Shown one piece after another: positions 28,905 through 39,871 of a DNA stretch of 64,000 bases. The notes beneath the pieces were generated by a model. The model searched no databases. It was not told the DNA's origin and worked only from the letters and a program-made list of their open reading frames with translations. How positions within the stretch are numbered: the stretch's first letter is position 1; the number at the start of each line of letters is the position of its first letter. A program made the position numbers and the translations under genes. Location: sequence record PP885688.1. One strand, 5' to 3'.

Positions 28905-31900
28905 ATGAGCCTAATCCCCGGAACAAATATCGCCGCTGCGGTCGTACCGTTCGACACCCTCGACACCTACCCCACGCACGACTCCGCGTATGGAATCGGT
29001 GGCTGGCGTGAGGTCCAGAATCTCGCCGCACGTGATGCGATCCCGACGGCCCGGTTGCGCAATGGCATGGTTGTGTTCGTGCAGGGAGATCAGCCCTACC
29101 TCTACAGCGACAACACATGGGGACCGCTCGGCAGTCTCTTCAGCTCGACGCTGAACTACCGTGGCGTTTGGAACGCTGGTAGCAGCTACCTCAAGAACGA
29201 TCTCGTCACCCTCGCAGGTACGGCTTACATTGCGATCAACCCATCGACAGACGACAGCCCCACTGCGGGCGATGGAAACTGGAGTGTGTTCCTCCCCGGC
29301 GGTCCGGGATTCACCTTCCGGGGAGCGTGGTCGGAGTCGACCGCATATGTGCCGAACGATGTCGTGACCTATAACGGCGTGGTCTACATCTCCACGGGGT
29401 CATTCACCGGTAAAGAGCCGGACCTTCCCCCGAACGACTGGGAGGTCTTCGTCCCCGCAGCGCCCGGCTTCATCTACAAGGGTCCGTATCAGGATGGCAA
29501 AGCCTACGTTCCCAACGATGTCTTCACGGTCGCAGGCAGCGCGTTCCTCGTGCTTGCCGCGTTCACGCCTCAGGCCGGAGATCCCGTACCGAATCCTAGT
29601 GTCAGCAATCCCGATTACACCGTGTTCGCGATTGCGGGCGCGACCGGCGCAGTGGGACCTCAGGGACCTGGCGGCGCAACCGGAGCCACCGGCGCAACGG
29701 GAGCCGACGGGGCTGGACTCGCCTTCAAAGGCTTCTGGGCAAACTCAACAGCGTACAAAGCGCTGGACGTCGTGACGTTTCTGAACGCGATCTACATTGC
29801 TTCGACCGCGAGCACCGGGGTAGAGCCAGACACGAACCCGGGAACCTGGACGCTGAGCGTGGGACCTGGAGCCACCGGCGCAACGGGATCTCAGGGGCAG
29901 GCTGGAACAAATGGAGCCACAGGAGCCACGGGCGCTACGGGTGCTACAGGCCCCACCGGCCCGACCGGCGCATCGGGCACCAATGGTACGTCCGGCACCA
30001 ACGGAAAAGACTTCAACTTCGCGGGCTTCTGGAACAACTCCGTCGCCTATAAGCTTCAGGACTGCACGATCTTCAATAACAGCATCTACATCGCGACCGC
30101 AGCTGTGGCCGCTGGTGGCGCAACGCCCGACAGCAACAGCAGCTGGACGCTCATGCTGCAGGGACTAGAGACTCCGGGCGGATTCACCTATCGCGGAGGT
30201 TACGCGGTCGGGTCCAACTACGCGATCGACGACGTCTTCACCTATCTCGGCCAGACCTACGTCGCGACCGCAGCTTTCGTAGCGGGAAGCGCTCCCCTAC
30301 CCGCCAACACCTCACTCTGGGCGGCAGCCGGAGCAACCGGTCCTATCGGCATCACCGGTCCGACAGGTCCAACCGGGAATACCGGACCCACAGGCATCAC
30401 AGGGCCAACTGGCCCCACAGGACCCACAGGCATTACCGGTCCTACTGGACCGTCTGGCGCATTCGGTCCCACCGGCCCAACTGGACCTTCCGGCACGAGC
30501 TTTACCTTCCTGCAGGCATGGGTCAACACGCACGCGTATGTCGTGAACAACGTCGTCTCGCGCAGCGGATCCTCGTATATCGCGCTCAAGGCGAACACCG
30601 GCGTCGATCCGATCACCAATGATGGCACCACGTGGTCCGTGATGGCTCAAGAAGGCACTTCCGGTTCTAATATGAACTGGCGTGCGGTGTGGAGTGCTTC
30701 GAGCAACTACGCCATCCTCGACGCGGTCTACTATCTCGGCAGCAGCTACATCTGCATCGCGACTGCTGTTGCTGGAGCCGCTGCGCCGAACGCGAACGGA
30801 ACGAGCTGGTCTCTGCTGAGTGCCGGTCCGCAGCTGGTCGGTGCGTGGAGTGCGTCGACCTCGTACATCTACTTCGACTTCGTCACGTTCAACAACGCGC
30901 TCTATGTCTGCACGTCGTTGGTCACCGGCGGCAATCCTCCGGATCAGAACACGACCAACTGGCAGCTAGTGACGCAGGGAACTGTCGGACCCACAGGCGC
31001 AACCGGACCTACGGGCGCGACCGGTGCCACGGGACCTACGGGATCTCAGGGACTCACCGGACCAACCGGCAACACTGGACTCACCGGCAACGTCGGCCCT
31101 ACGGGCCCCTTCGGACCTACCGGGCCCACGGGACCAACAGGACCGACCGGTCCCGCGAGCTTGATCTGGCTAGGTCCGTGGAATGCAGCCACCGCATACG
31201 TCACCAACGACATGGTGTCGGACGATGGATCGAGCTGGGTCGCGATCGCGGCGAGCACAAACATCGAACCGTCTTCCGCTGGTGGATCCGCTGTCTGGAA
31301 CCTCGTCTCTGCGCAGGGATCCGGACCAACCGGACCTACCGGCGCATCGGGTACTGCGGGAACGCCGGGGGCAACAGGCCCAACCGGACCAACAGGAGCC
31401 ACCGGCGCGACAGGACCAGCAGGAACCGCCGGGACGGCTGGAGCTTCGGGAACTGCGGGACACACTGGACCTACCGGCCCCACTGGTCTGACAGGACTCA
31501 CCGGAGCAACAGGACCAACGGGTCCAACCGGCGCGACTGGAGCTCAAGGGCCTCAGGGCGCACAAGGAAATGGTCAGGGATTCAACTTCCGTGGACCATG
31601 GGCAGCGTCGACGGTCTACAACCCATTCGATGTGCTCACCTTCGGCGGTCAGACCTACGAGGTCACGACTGAGTTCACCTCAGGTGCTACTTTCGCAGTG
31701 GATCCTGGCATGGCCTTGTGGGCTGCCATCGGTGCGACTGGCCCAGCGGGTCCAACCGGGCCTACGGGCGCGACGGGAGCCATCTACAACCCGCAGACTG
31801 CGTATGCGCAGCAGGTACAGTCCAATGCGCCTGTCACCTACGTTCGATTCGAGAACGGAGTCGTGACCGACAGCGAGGGCAACTTCGCTCCTGCCACCTC

Positions 31901-33314
31901 CGGCACCATTGATCTTACGCAGGCCGGACGTTACGGACTCGGCAACTGCCTCACGAACACCGGCGCTGGCTATATCACCATCCCCTATCCACTCTCGGCC
32001 AGCCCCAATACGTTCTCCGTCGAGTGCTGGTTCAACACGACCACCGTCGCACCGACCATAGCGAGCCCCGGCGGCCAGGGCATCATCATGGGCAACTTGC
32101 AAACCGCCGGAGCTGGAAGTGGCGGCGGAGTCTATGGCTGGGGCGTCACGATGAGCAACGGAGGTTTGCTCACGTTGCAGAGCTCCGTCAATGCCTCCTT
32201 TGACTGGACAGGCGTCACTACGACCAACGCGTATAACGACGGCAACTGGCATCACATGGTGGCAGTCTTCTCAGCGGCTGCGAACCTCTTCAGCCTGTAC
32301 GTCGATGGAGTCCTGGTCGGAAGCAAAGCCGCTGGATGGGCGACGAACACTCCCTTCGCCGAACCGACCGTCCCGATCTACGTCGGTTTCAACCCAATCA
32401 TCAACATTGTGAGCCCACACTTCATCGGACAGATCGATGAGGTTGCGATCTATCCCTTCGACGCTACCGCTCTGGTGGCGGCAGATTACGCTGCAGCTCC
32501 ACCCTTTGCTCCATCGCTCCACTTCCGGGGTGCGTGGTCGGCTACCGCGACGTATGGACCAACCGACGTCGCCACAGTGGGAAGCTCGTACTATCTTTCG
32601 ACAGAACCCTTCAACACCGGCAACAACCCGACCAGCGGTACCGGCTGGGTTCTCTTTATCCCGCAAGGAGCCACCGGCGCTACAGGTGCGACGGGAGCCA
32701 CTGGCCCTGGCTTCGCATGGCGTGCTGCGTGGTCGAACACTACCGCGTACAGCATCCGCGATGGCGTGGCCTTCAACAACAGCATGTACATTGCGGTGGC
32801 GGCCAGCACCGGCGTCACACCCGGTTCCGATGGTGGAGCAACATGGACGCTGGTCTCGACCGGCGCAATCGGACCGACCGGACCTCAGGGAGCAGCTGGC
32901 GTACCGGGCCCGTCCGGCAACATGGTCGCGCGTGGTGCAGTCACCGTCCACACGGCCACGACAGCGGTAGGCGGTATCGCCGTAGGCACGGTTGCTCTGG
33001 GTAAGACGTTCACGCTGATTCAGGTCTCAGTGACGAGCCCTGCACGTGTCGAGCTCTATGCGACCGCAGCGGCTCAGGCGGCGGATCAGGGACGTCAGCC
33101 GGGCACCTCTCCTGCAGCCGGTACCGCGCACGGCGTAATCGCGGATCTCCTGCTCAACTCCTCGGCGCAGTTCAACTGGAACATGTCTCCTCCGGCGCTT
33201 GGATCGAGCATGGAAGCCACACCGTCGGACAACATCACCTACGCGGTGACCAACTTAGATGTCACCAGCAGAAGCGTGCAAGTGATCTTCACGGTTCTTA
33301 CACAGGAGCAGTAA
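28905..33314 (+). CDS. Collagen-like tail fibre/adhesin with CBM5/12-like repeats and LamG domain
   Basis: Eight or so G-P-T/G-A-T triplet tracts alternating with W..(S/T)..Y...DVV.Y.G..Y modules; LamG motifs [29 protein letters not shown]. Confidence 0.85.
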   Translation: MSLIPGTNIAAAVVPFDTLDTYPTHDSAYGIGGWREVQNLAARDAIPTARLRNGMVVFVQGDQPYLYSDNTWGPLGSLFSSTLNYRGVWNAGSSYLKNDLVTLAGTAYIAINPSTDDSPTAGDGNWSVFLPGGPGFTFRGAWSESTAYVPNDVVTYNGVVYISTGSFTGKEPDLPPNDWEVFVPAAPGFIYKGPYQDGKAYVPNDVFTVAGSAFLVLAAFTPQAGDPVPNPSVSNPDYTVFAIAGATGAVGPQGPGGATGATGATGADGAGLAFKGFWANSTAYKALDVVTFLNAIYIASTASTGVEPDTNPGTWTLSVGPGATGATGSQGQAGTNGATGATGATGATGPTGPTGASGTNGTSGTNGKDFNFAGFWNNSVAYKLQDCTIFNNSIYIATAAVAAGGATPDSNSSWTLMLQGLETPGGFTYRGGYAVGSNYAIDDVFTYLGQTYVATAAFVAGSAPLPANTSLWAAAGATGPIGITGPTGPTGNTGPTGITGPTGPTGPTGITGPTGPSGAFGPTGPTGPSGTSFTFLQAWVNTHAYVVNNVVSRSGSSYIALKANTGVDPITNDGTTWSVMAQEGTSGSNMNWRAVWSASSNYAILDAVYYLGSSYICIATAVAGAAAPNANGTSWSLLSAGPQLVGAWSASTSYIYFDFVTFNNALYVCTSLVTGGNPPDQNTTNWQLVTQGTVGPTGATGPTGATGATGPTGSQGLTGPTGNTGLTGNVGPTGPFGPTGPTGPTGPTGPASLIWLGPWNAATAYVTNDMVSDDGSSWVAIAASTNIEPSSAGGSAVWNLVSAQGSGPTGPTGASGTAGTPGATGPTGPTGATGATGPAGTAGTAGASGTAGHTGPTGPTGLTGLTGATGPTGPTGATGAQGPQGAQGNGQGFNFRGPWAASTVYNPFDVLTFGGQTYEVTTEFTSGATFAVDPGMALWAAIGATGPAGPTGPTGATGAIYNPQTAYAQQVQSNAPVTYVRFENGVVTDSEGNFAPATSGTIDLTQAGRYGLGNCLTNTGAGYITIPYPLSASPNTFSVECWFNTTTVAPTIASPGGQGIIMGNLQTAGAGSGGGVYGWGVTMSNGGLLTLQSSVNASFDWTGVTTTNAYNDGNWHHMVAVFSAAANLFSLYVDGVLVGSKAAGWATNTPFAEPTVPIYVGFNPIINIVSPHFIGQIDEVAIYPFDATALVAADYAAAPPFAPSLHFRGAWSATATYGPTDVATVGSSYYLSTEPFNTGNNPTSGTGWVLFIPQGATGATGATGATGPGFAWRAAWSNTTAYSIRDGVAFNNSMYIAVAASTGVTPGSDGGATWTLVSTGAIGPTGPQGAAGVPGPSGNMVARGAVTVHTATTAVGGIAVGTVALGKTFTLIQVSVTSPARVELYATAAAQAADQGRQPGTSPAAGTAHGVIADLLLNSSAQFNWNMSPPALGSSMEATPSDNITYAVTNLDVTSRSVQVIFTVLTQEQ

Positions 33315-33317
33315 ACA

Positions 33318-34175
33318 ATGGCCGTTTCGCAGAGCTTCGCCCTCGCCGACAACTCAACCCTCGCCAACTTCAAGGCATGGGCTCAGCTGATCTCGAACGC
33401 CTTCTCGGCCTTCGGCTGGGTCAAGAGCAGTGACACGGGTCAGGTGGTCTGGACTTCGATCGCGGCAACTCCCGCCGTGAGCACGTTCGTCTACGAGATC
33501 TGGACGATGAATGACTCGTTCTCTTCGACCGCACCTGTCTTCGTCAAGGTCGAGTACGGTACCGGAACCACCTCAACCTTCCCGAACATGGCGATCACCG
33601 TAGGCACCGGCTCTAATGGAGCAGGAGCACTCACCAATGCGGGGACTCGTACCCTCTGCGGACCCTTGAGCTCCGGCGGTATAGCGACCACATACGAGTG
33701 CGACTTCTCAGGCAACGCTGGACGCATCGCGTTCACGATGTGGCGCGGATACACGTCGCCCATGTTCTTCTCGATCGAACGCTCCCACGACGGGAGCGGC
33801 AACGATCTCGCGACCTATGTCACCTATCTAATTTCAGGGAACGCGGCGCTCACGCCCTTCTGCTATCAGCAGACCATCTTCCCCTCGGCCAACGGAGGCC
33901 CGCTCTTCTACGAGAAGTTCGGACTCACGCTGCAGACAGGGAATACCACCGCGACGTTTGCGAACTCGGTGGCTGTGTCACCCTTCTGGCCGTTTGTCGG
34001 CAAACTCGACAACCCGATGATGGGAGCGGTCTGCATCAAGGACGGGGACTTCTCGGACGGTGCTCAGTTCGGTGTCACGCTCTTCGGTGCGTCGCACAAC
34101 TACCTCGTAGTCAAGACGACTCTCGGCTCATGGGGGAATCAGACCACCAACGGTATCGCCATGAGGTACGAGTAA
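33318..34175 (+). CDS. Tandem paralogue 1 of fibre-associated family
   Basis: Shared motifs DTGQV.W, YEIW, ECDFSG, FFS.ERSHD, WP.VGK.DNP, MRYE. Confidence 0.75.
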   Translation: MAVSQSFALADNSTLANFKAWAQLISNAFSAFGWVKSSDTGQVVWTSIAATPAVSTFVYEIWTMNDSFSSTAPVFVKVEYGTGTTSTFPNMAITVGTGSNGAGALTNAGTRTLCGPLSSGGIATTYECDFSGNAGRIAFTMWRGYTSPMFFSIERSHDGSGNDLATYVTYLISGNAALTPFCYQQTIFPSANGGPLFYEKFGLTLQTGNTTATFANSVAVSPFWPFVGKLDNPMMGAVCIKDGDFSDGAQFGVTLFGASHNYLVVKTTLGSWGNQTTNGIAMRYE

Positions 34176-34177
34176 GC

Positions 34178-35023
34178 ATGGCTGTCATCCAGACCTACAC
34201 ACTACCGGACAACTCGACGCTCACCAACTTCAAGGCCTGGGCCCAGACGATCTCGAATGCGCTCGCGACCTTTGGCTGGACGCAGACGCCGGACACGGGC
34301 CAGGTCAACTGGAGCTCGATATCGGCGGTACCTGCGGCGTTCGTCTACGAGATTTGGAAGTCAGCGGACTCCTTCAGCTCCACCAACCCGATCTATCTAA
34401 AGCTGGAGTATGGCGCGGGCACAACTCCTTCGCTCGCGGTGACCGTAGGTTCAGGTTCCACCGGTGCAGGCCTGCTCACCAACGCGAGCCCACGCAATCC
34501 CCTTTCGATCAACGGTGCATCTGACAGCGCCACCCAGTCGTTCGAATGCGATCTCTCAGGATCCACCAGCCGTTTTGCATTCACGATGTGGCGCGGCATC
34601 GCTCTGCCCAGCTTCTTTTCGGTCGAGCGCTCGCGAGACGCGAACGGGAACGAGACGGCCAGTTACATCACGTATTTGTGTGCCGGGACCGGACTCGCGA
34701 CTCCCTTCTGCGCACAACAGTCGATCTATCCGGCGTCCAACGGTGGGCCGCTCTTTCAGGAGAACTTCGGCCTCACCTTCCAGACCACCAACACAACCAC
34801 AGTGACCGTAGGCAACCTGGTAGTAGCCGTACCCTTCTGGCCGCTCGTAGGCAAGCTGGACAATCCTCTCTTGGGGGCTGTGTGTCTCAAGGCAGCAGAT
34901 GTTGCCGATGGTCTGGTCTTCACGACCACGATTTATGGCGTAGCTCACACCTACATTGTGACGAAGTCCTCAGCTCTCTGGGGAGACGTCACCACCAACG
35001 CGATCGCGATGCGGTTCGAGTAA
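34178..35023 (+). CDS. Tandem paralogue 2
   Basis: Same motifs; true start MAVIQTY at 34178. Confidence 0.75.
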   Translation: MAVIQTYTLPDNSTLTNFKAWAQTISNALATFGWTQTPDTGQVNWSSISAVPAAFVYEIWKSADSFSSTNPIYLKLEYGAGTTPSLAVTVGSGSTGAGLLTNASPRNPLSINGASDSATQSFECDLSGSTSRFAFTMWRGIALPSFFSVERSRDANGNETASYITYLCAGTGLATPFCAQQSIYPASNGGPLFQENFGLTFQTTNTTTVTVGNLVVAVPFWPLVGKLDNPLLGAVCLKAADVADGLVFTTTIYGVAHTYIVTKSSALWGDVTTNAIAMRFE

Positions 35024-35033
35024 GGATACGACC

Positions 35034-35879
35034 ATGGCAGTGATTCAAACTTTTGCATTTGCTGACGGCTTGTCGATCGCAGACTTCAAGGCATGGGCAC
35101 AGGCGGTCTCGAATGCCTTCTCCACGTTCGGATGGGTACAGTCCTCGGATACCGGCCAGGTCAACTGGTCGACGATCTCTACGGTCCCGAGCACCTGTTA
35201 TGAGATCTGGCAGATGGGTGACGCCCTGCAGGCGACGAACCCAGTCTTCGTCAAGGTAACCTACGGGACCAGCAGTGGATCCTCCGCCGTACTTACTGTC
35301 TCGGTGGGATCCGCCTCAAACGGTTCCGGCACGCTGGGTAACGCAACTCCAACCATCAACTGTGGGCCAAGCACGGTAGCGGTGTCACAAGCGTGGGAGT
35401 GCGACTTCGCTGGCAGCACCAACCGGATCCATGTGTGTCTGTTTCGCGGTTCAACGACTGCGGCGTTCTTCTCGGTTGAGCGCTCCCATGATGCGAACGG
35501 AAACGACACTTCGGGATACGTCACGATCCTCGCAGGCGGTGACACCCTTGCCTCAGGGGTTCAGCAGACGGTAATGCCCTCCTCTCTAGGCGGCCCTCTC
35601 TTTCAGGAGCAGAACGGCCTGACCATGCAGACCACCAACACCAGCGGAACCTTCGCGTCTTCGACGGCAGTCGTTCCGTTCTACCCGATGGTTGGGAAGA
35701 TCGATAACCCTCTGCTTGGTGCGCTCTGCATTAAGAGGTCTGACTTCGCCGATGGCTCAGTCTTCTCCTCGACAATGTATGGAGCGAGCCATTCGTACCT
35801 CGTCATCAAGACGCTAGCCTCTGCTTGGGGCCGCAACGGCAGCTCTGGCAACAACGCCATCGCTATGAGGTTCGAGTAA
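35034..35879 (+). CDS. Tandem paralogue 3
   Basis: Same motifs; AAGGA SD. Confidence 0.75.
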   Translation: MAVIQTFAFADGLSIADFKAWAQAVSNAFSTFGWVQSSDTGQVNWSTISTVPSTCYEIWQMGDALQATNPVFVKVTYGTSSGSSAVLTVSVGSASNGSGTLGNATPTINCGPSTVAVSQAWECDFAGSTNRIHVCLFRGSTTAAFFSVERSHDANGNDTSGYVTILAGGDTLASGVQQTVMPSSLGGPLFQEQNGLTMQTTNTSGTFASSTAVVPFYPMVGKIDNPLLGALCIKRSDFADGSVFSSTMYGASHSYLVIKTLASAWGRNGSSGNNAIAMRFE

Positions 35880-36736
35880 TGGCAACCCTGCGATCCTACC
35901 TGCCGGTCGATCCCCAGGCCAGCTTCCCCGTCTTCCTCGCGTGGGCCGAGACGATCTCAGCTGCCTTCGCCTCGATGGGTTGGACCAGGACTTCGGACAC
36001 TGGGCAGGTGACCCTCTCTTCGCTGTCAGCTGTACCCTCGACCTACCCGTTCGAGATCTGGCAGGCCACTGATGCACTCGCCTCAACACTGCCGATTCTC
36101 ATCAAGATCGGATACGGGGCCTTCGCGCAGTTCGCCTCGATCACGATGCAGTTCGGCACCGGATCAAACGGCGCAGGCGTGCTCACAAACGCATCGCCGA
36201 TGTATACCTTCACCAACAACAACGGAGGTAGCGGCGGCAATCAGTTTCTGGAATGCTCATTCTCCGGATCGCCTGGACGCTTTACGTGTCTGATGTTCCG
36301 TAGCTGGGTTGGTGCGTTCGTGTTCTCGGTCGAGCGATCACATAACGCGAGCGGCGCGGACACGGCAGAGTACATCACCTACATTGCGGGTGGCGTCAAT
36401 CAGGGGATCAACCAGCAGTGTATCCTCCCGCCGCTTCAAGGAGGCGGTACGCCGGTCGAGAGCTCTATCGTGAGCGTTCACACCACCAATCCCTCTGGAG
36501 TCGTTCCTGGCGGTAACGCAAGCCTCTGCGCCTCCCCCGTCTGGCCGCTGGTGGGCCGACTGGGAAATCCGCTCATCAACGCCGTTGTCGTGAAGGCAGC
36601 CGACTTTGCCGATGGCACCGTTCTGCCGGTGTCGCTCTATGGCACAAGCCGAAACTATCTGGTGGCTAAGACGCTGATCGGTAGCGCGTCGATCACACGA
36701 GGAGGCGGGACGGCGCTTGCGCTGATCTACTCATAA
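35879..36736 (+). CDS. Tandem paralogue 4 (most divergent)
   Basis: Same motifs; TAATG coupling at 35879. Confidence 0.75.
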   Translation: MATLRSYLPVDPQASFPVFLAWAETISAAFASMGWTRTSDTGQVTLSSLSAVPSTYPFEIWQATDALASTLPILIKIGYGAFAQFASITMQFGTGSNGAGVLTNASPMYTFTNNNGGSGGNQFLECSFSGSPGRFTCLMFRSWVGAFVFSVERSHNASGADTAEYITYIAGGVNQGINQQCILPPLQGGGTPVESSIVSVHTTNPSGVVPGGNASLCASPVWPLVGRLGNPLINAVVVKAADFADGTVLPVSLYGTSRNYLVAKTLIGSASITRGGGTALALIYS

Positions 36737-36739
36737 CCC

Positions 36740-37057
36740 ATGGCCAACATCATCCAAAGCTACGTCGGTCCACTGCCGGTCATCTCGGTCACGGCCTATA
36801 ACGAGAACTCAGTCGCCGGGAACTTCACCCAGCTGGCTCCGGCGGTCCCCGTGTCGTCGATCAGCACCTTCGCGACCTCGGCACCAGGTGCAACCGAACT
36901 TCCGCTGGAGACCAACGCCTACTCTCCAGTCATCCAGGAGCTGATGCAGCCGCTGGTCACGCGTGCAGTCGCATCAGGCGGCGGCGCGGCGGGTACTGGA
37001 GGCGGCGGTCAACCACCGCCGACTACCGGCCAGCTGTTCCCACTAGGACGGAACTAG
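36740..37057 (+). CDS. Small putative structural protein
   Basis: Last ORF of the + strand operon; Gly/Pro-rich C-terminus. Confidence 0.6.
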   Translation: MANIIQSYVGPLPVISVTAYNENSVAGNFTQLAPAVPVSSISTFATSAPGATELPLETNAYSPVIQELMQPLVTRAVASGGGAAGTGGGGQPPPTTGQLFPLGRN

Positions 37058-38126
37058 ATCGTGCTGCGCTGCGGTCGTGTCCTTCTTTGGCAATCGTCAT
37101 GATCATCCACGGAAGCTTCTCCTGGTCGAGGACATGCTTATAAGCCTGATGCGCCAGGTTCCTGAACCCAACCTCTTCCGCACACAACGCAAACTCCAGC
37201 GCCATCTGATACTCGTAGACTGGCCGGTCGATGAACAGCCGGTCCAACGGATACGGGAAGTCGTTCCGCCACATGCAGGCGTAGATCCAAGCAATCGGGC
37301 CCTTACCTCGCTCCCGCAGATACTTCGCCAGCGCATGGAGTGGCTCAAGACGCGTCGGCCTCAGCTCGTAAGCCGACAGATAAGCATCACGCACCTGATC
37401 CCAGCGGATGCCGATCTTCTCCTTCATCACGGCCAGCTGGAACGTCGCATACCACTGCTCTTCATCCCACCCACCCATCACAGACCGGCGCTCATACCAG
37501 TAGAGCGCGTTGCCATAGTGTCCGATGTCGCGGTAGGACTGCGCGAGATAGAAGACGTCACGGGAGTTGCCGGGGTTGTTCTTCAGAGACTCGGTGAGGA
37601 GGCGGATGTCGCGCTCGAACTTGTCGACACGATTACCGCCGTCAGAGAAGTCGACCAACGTGACGTGACGGAGCGGAAGAGTGGTGAGTTCGGCAGGTGT
37701 CCACAGATACTCATGGGTCACACCGATGTAGCGCCAGTCCAGCTTGGTCGACACCAGCCGCGTGTTCACGTAGTCGAGGTTGCCCTCGTAGCGGATGTCA
37801 TAGGCGTCAGCAGTCAGCTTGTCCTTAAACCGCATATCAACGACCTTCAGCGTGAGATCCGCGTCGAGGACGAGAACGTAGTCGCAGCCGGACTTGCACG
37901 CCAGCTGTATCACCTGGGTGCGGTTGGTTCCGAAGTCTACCCACGCCACGTCATGGAGCTCGCCGGGGATGCCCTCAAGAGTCTTACGGATGATGTCGTG
38001 CGTCCCGTCCGTGGAGCCGGTGTCGCAGATGACCCAGTGGTCGATGTAGCCGATGACAGAACAGAGAGCACGCTCGATAACGCGGCTCTCGTTCTTCACG
38101 ATCATGGCAAGGCAGATAGTAGGCAT
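37023..38126 (-). CDS. GT2 glycosyltransferase with TPR-like C-terminus
   Basis: ICLAMIVKNE, ICDTGSTDGT, VLDAD (DxD), YIGVTHE, VFYLAQSY; AGAGAGG SD before ATG 38126. Confidence 0.88.
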   Translation of the reverse strand: MPTICLAMIVKNESRVIERALCSVIGYIDHWVICDTGSTDGTHDIIRKTLEGIPGELHDVAWVDFGTNRTQVIQLACKSGCDYVLVLDADLTLKVVDMRFKDKLTADAYDIRYEGNLDYVNTRLVSTKLDWRYIGVTHEYLWTPAELTTLPLRHVTLVDFSDGGNRVDKFERDIRLLTESLKNNPGNSRDVFYLAQSYRDIGHYGNALYWYERRSVMGGWDEEQWYATFQLAVMKEKIGIRWDQVRDAYLSAYELRPTRLEPLHALAKYLRERGKGPIAWIYACMWRNDFPYPLDRLFIDRPVYEYQMALEFALCAEEVGFRNLAHQAYKHVLDQEKLPWMIMTIAKEGHDRSAARSSSVLVGTAGR

Positions 38127-38139
38127 GGTGTTTCCTCTC

Positions 38140-39144
38140 TTAGCGGAGGTTGTAGAACTCTTTGACCCACGTGAGCAGCCAGGCTTCCAGCTGTTCGGAA
38201 AGTTCGTCAGTGATTGCAGGCAAGGAAGACGCTTCCTTGAGTTCGTGCAGCACGTTGAACCGGTCATCGATCAACGCGTCGATCTGTTCCGTCGTGTGCT
38301 CGCCGCGACGGATGGTGTGCAGGAACTCGATGTACTTCGGATCCGGGAACGGGAACACGAGGTCTCCCTCGGTGAAGAGACGAATGCCCTCATCGATCAC
38401 CCGGACCGCGTGCATGGTCGCCTTCCAGTCGCCCTTCGAGGCAGCAGCCTTCTTCGAGCGATCGCCGTAGCGCTTATGAAGCGATTGAACCGAGCGCAGA
38501 TTGTACGCGAAGGTGCCGGTGTAAGGCAGAGTCTTCTCCAGGATGCGGAGACATGACATCATAACGCCCTTCCCGTTGCTGTCGTATGTGGTGACCTCGA
38601 CACACTCCGGGAACTCAGCGACGAGCGGCTCCATAGCCTTCTCCAGCGTCTCACGATGCTGGCTCAGACGATCACCGCCGGGGAAGCTCTTCAGGATCTT
38701 CTCAAACTCGACGACGGACTGGAGACGCTCTCCCTTGAAGGAGTACTTGTTGGCCTGCTCCACCGCGAAGCCGGTCATCGCGGTCACGGTTGAGGTCATG
38801 AACTTGGCGCGGAGCTCGCGGCAGAAGTAAGGGAAGTTTGCGTTATAGACCTTCTGCTCGGCACCCTCGTACTCGACCGCCCACGCCAGCTCCAGCGCGT
38901 AGGTCTGGCCGCCGAGGAAGTCACGGGCGAAGGTGTGGACCGGGATCAGCTCCTGGTCGACATCGTCCGGTCCGTTCTTCCGGCCCTCGACGGTGTTGGT
39001 CTTGATCTGGAGGGTCCTGATCGGGTGGCCTAGGATCAGGTCGTTGAGATCCGGCAGCACGATGCGCTTGATGTCGCGGTCGGAGTCCGCGTGTGTGGTT
39101 CCGTAGAGGCTAGAACCTCCGAGACAGGAGAACAGATTCTTCAT
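38140..39144 (-). CDS. Pol-beta-superfamily nucleotidyltransferase (RlaP/T4 NrdC.11-like)
   Basis: GGSSLYGT...DSDRD motif; KATMHAVR helix. Confidence 0.7.
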   Translation of the reverse strand: MKNLFSCLGGSSLYGTTHADSDRDIKRIVLPDLNDLILGHPIRTLQIKTNTVEGRKNGPDDVDQELIPVHTFARDFLGGQTYALELAWAVEYEGAEQKVYNANFPYFCRELRAKFMTSTVTAMTGFAVEQANKYSFKGERLQSVVEFEKILKSFPGGDRLSQHRETLEKAMEPLVAEFPECVEVTTYDSNGKGVMMSCLRILEKTLPYTGTFAYNLRSVQSLHKRYGDRSKKAAASKGDWKATMHAVRVIDEGIRLFTEGDLVFPFPDPKYIEFLHTIRRGEHTTEQIDALIDDRFNVLHELKEASSLPAITDELSEQLEAWLLTWVKEFYNLR

Positions 39145-39162
39145 GGTCGATCTTTCTTGTGA

Positions 39163-39639
39163 CTAGGTGATGACAGGTGCAGCAATCGGTGCAGTGTGCT
39201 CCATGAGACGTTGCAGGACAGCTCCTCCAAACTTGGTTGGGTGCCAGACGGATACGAGTACCCCGACACCTTCATACTTCTGGCGCTTCGCAAACAGACC
39301 GCGTTCGCCGAGACCTTCGAGTTCCTTACGCGTCCGGGCGGCGGTCGACTTCAGAAACAGGGAGCTGGTGTGGGGGTGCAGTCCCCGGCAGCCGGTCTCC
39401 CAGTACAGCTTCAGCAGAACCTTCTGATCCTCACTGAGGTCGAGGATCTCGATGATGGGGTCGAGCCACGTGCGCGGTTCGACCTTCTCGATCTCGGTGT
39501 AAGGGAGCTCCGCTCTGCCAGCGTTAGACTCAACCAGTACAGTGCGGATGCCGGGCCCAGGTTCACGGATGACGGTGACGCTGATTCCGACCTTCAGGGT
39601 GACGGTGTCGTTCTCTAGGATATTTCTGTGAGTAAGCAT
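39163..39639 (-). CDS. Hypothetical protein
   Basis: ORF in - strand run. Confidence 0.6.
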   Translation of the reverse strand: MLTHRNILENDTVTLKVGISVTVIREPGPGIRTVLVESNAGRAELPYTEIEKVEPRTWLDPIIEILDLSEDQKVLLKLYWETGCRGLHPHTSSLFLKSTAARTRKELEGLGERGLFAKRQKYEGVGVLVSVWHPTKFGGAVLQRLMEHTAPIAAPVIT

Positions 39640-39836
39640 CAGTTCCAGTTGTTGTCTGCTGGAACGTGAAAGCCATTCTCGACCCAGAAGACGTCAGGAT
39701 CTTCCTCGATCGGTGGCGGGTTGAGTTCTACACCTTCTTTCTCTTCAGCGAGTTCGATGAACGATGTAAGGGCTTCGGCCTTGTCGGACCGTCCCTCATC
39801 CATATAGCGGTTCAGCAGACCCGAGGTAGTGAGCAT
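39639..39836 (-). CDS. Hypothetical protein
   Basis: Likely start MLTTSG; TGATG coupling to next gene. Confidence 0.55.
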   Translation of the reverse strand: MLTTSGLLNRYMDEGRSDKAEALTSFIELAEEKEGVELNPPPIEEDPDVFWVENGFHVPADNNWN

Positions 39837-39871
39837 GGATAGAAATCCCCCTTGCTCATGGATCGGGTAGG

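Noticed and set aside
29161-33004. Many alternative-frame ORFs with repetitive Pro/Arg/Gly content
   Set aside because: By-products of the collagen triplet repeats in other frames
37077-38165. 362-aa plus-strand ORF
   Set aside because: Antisense to the well-supported GT2 gene
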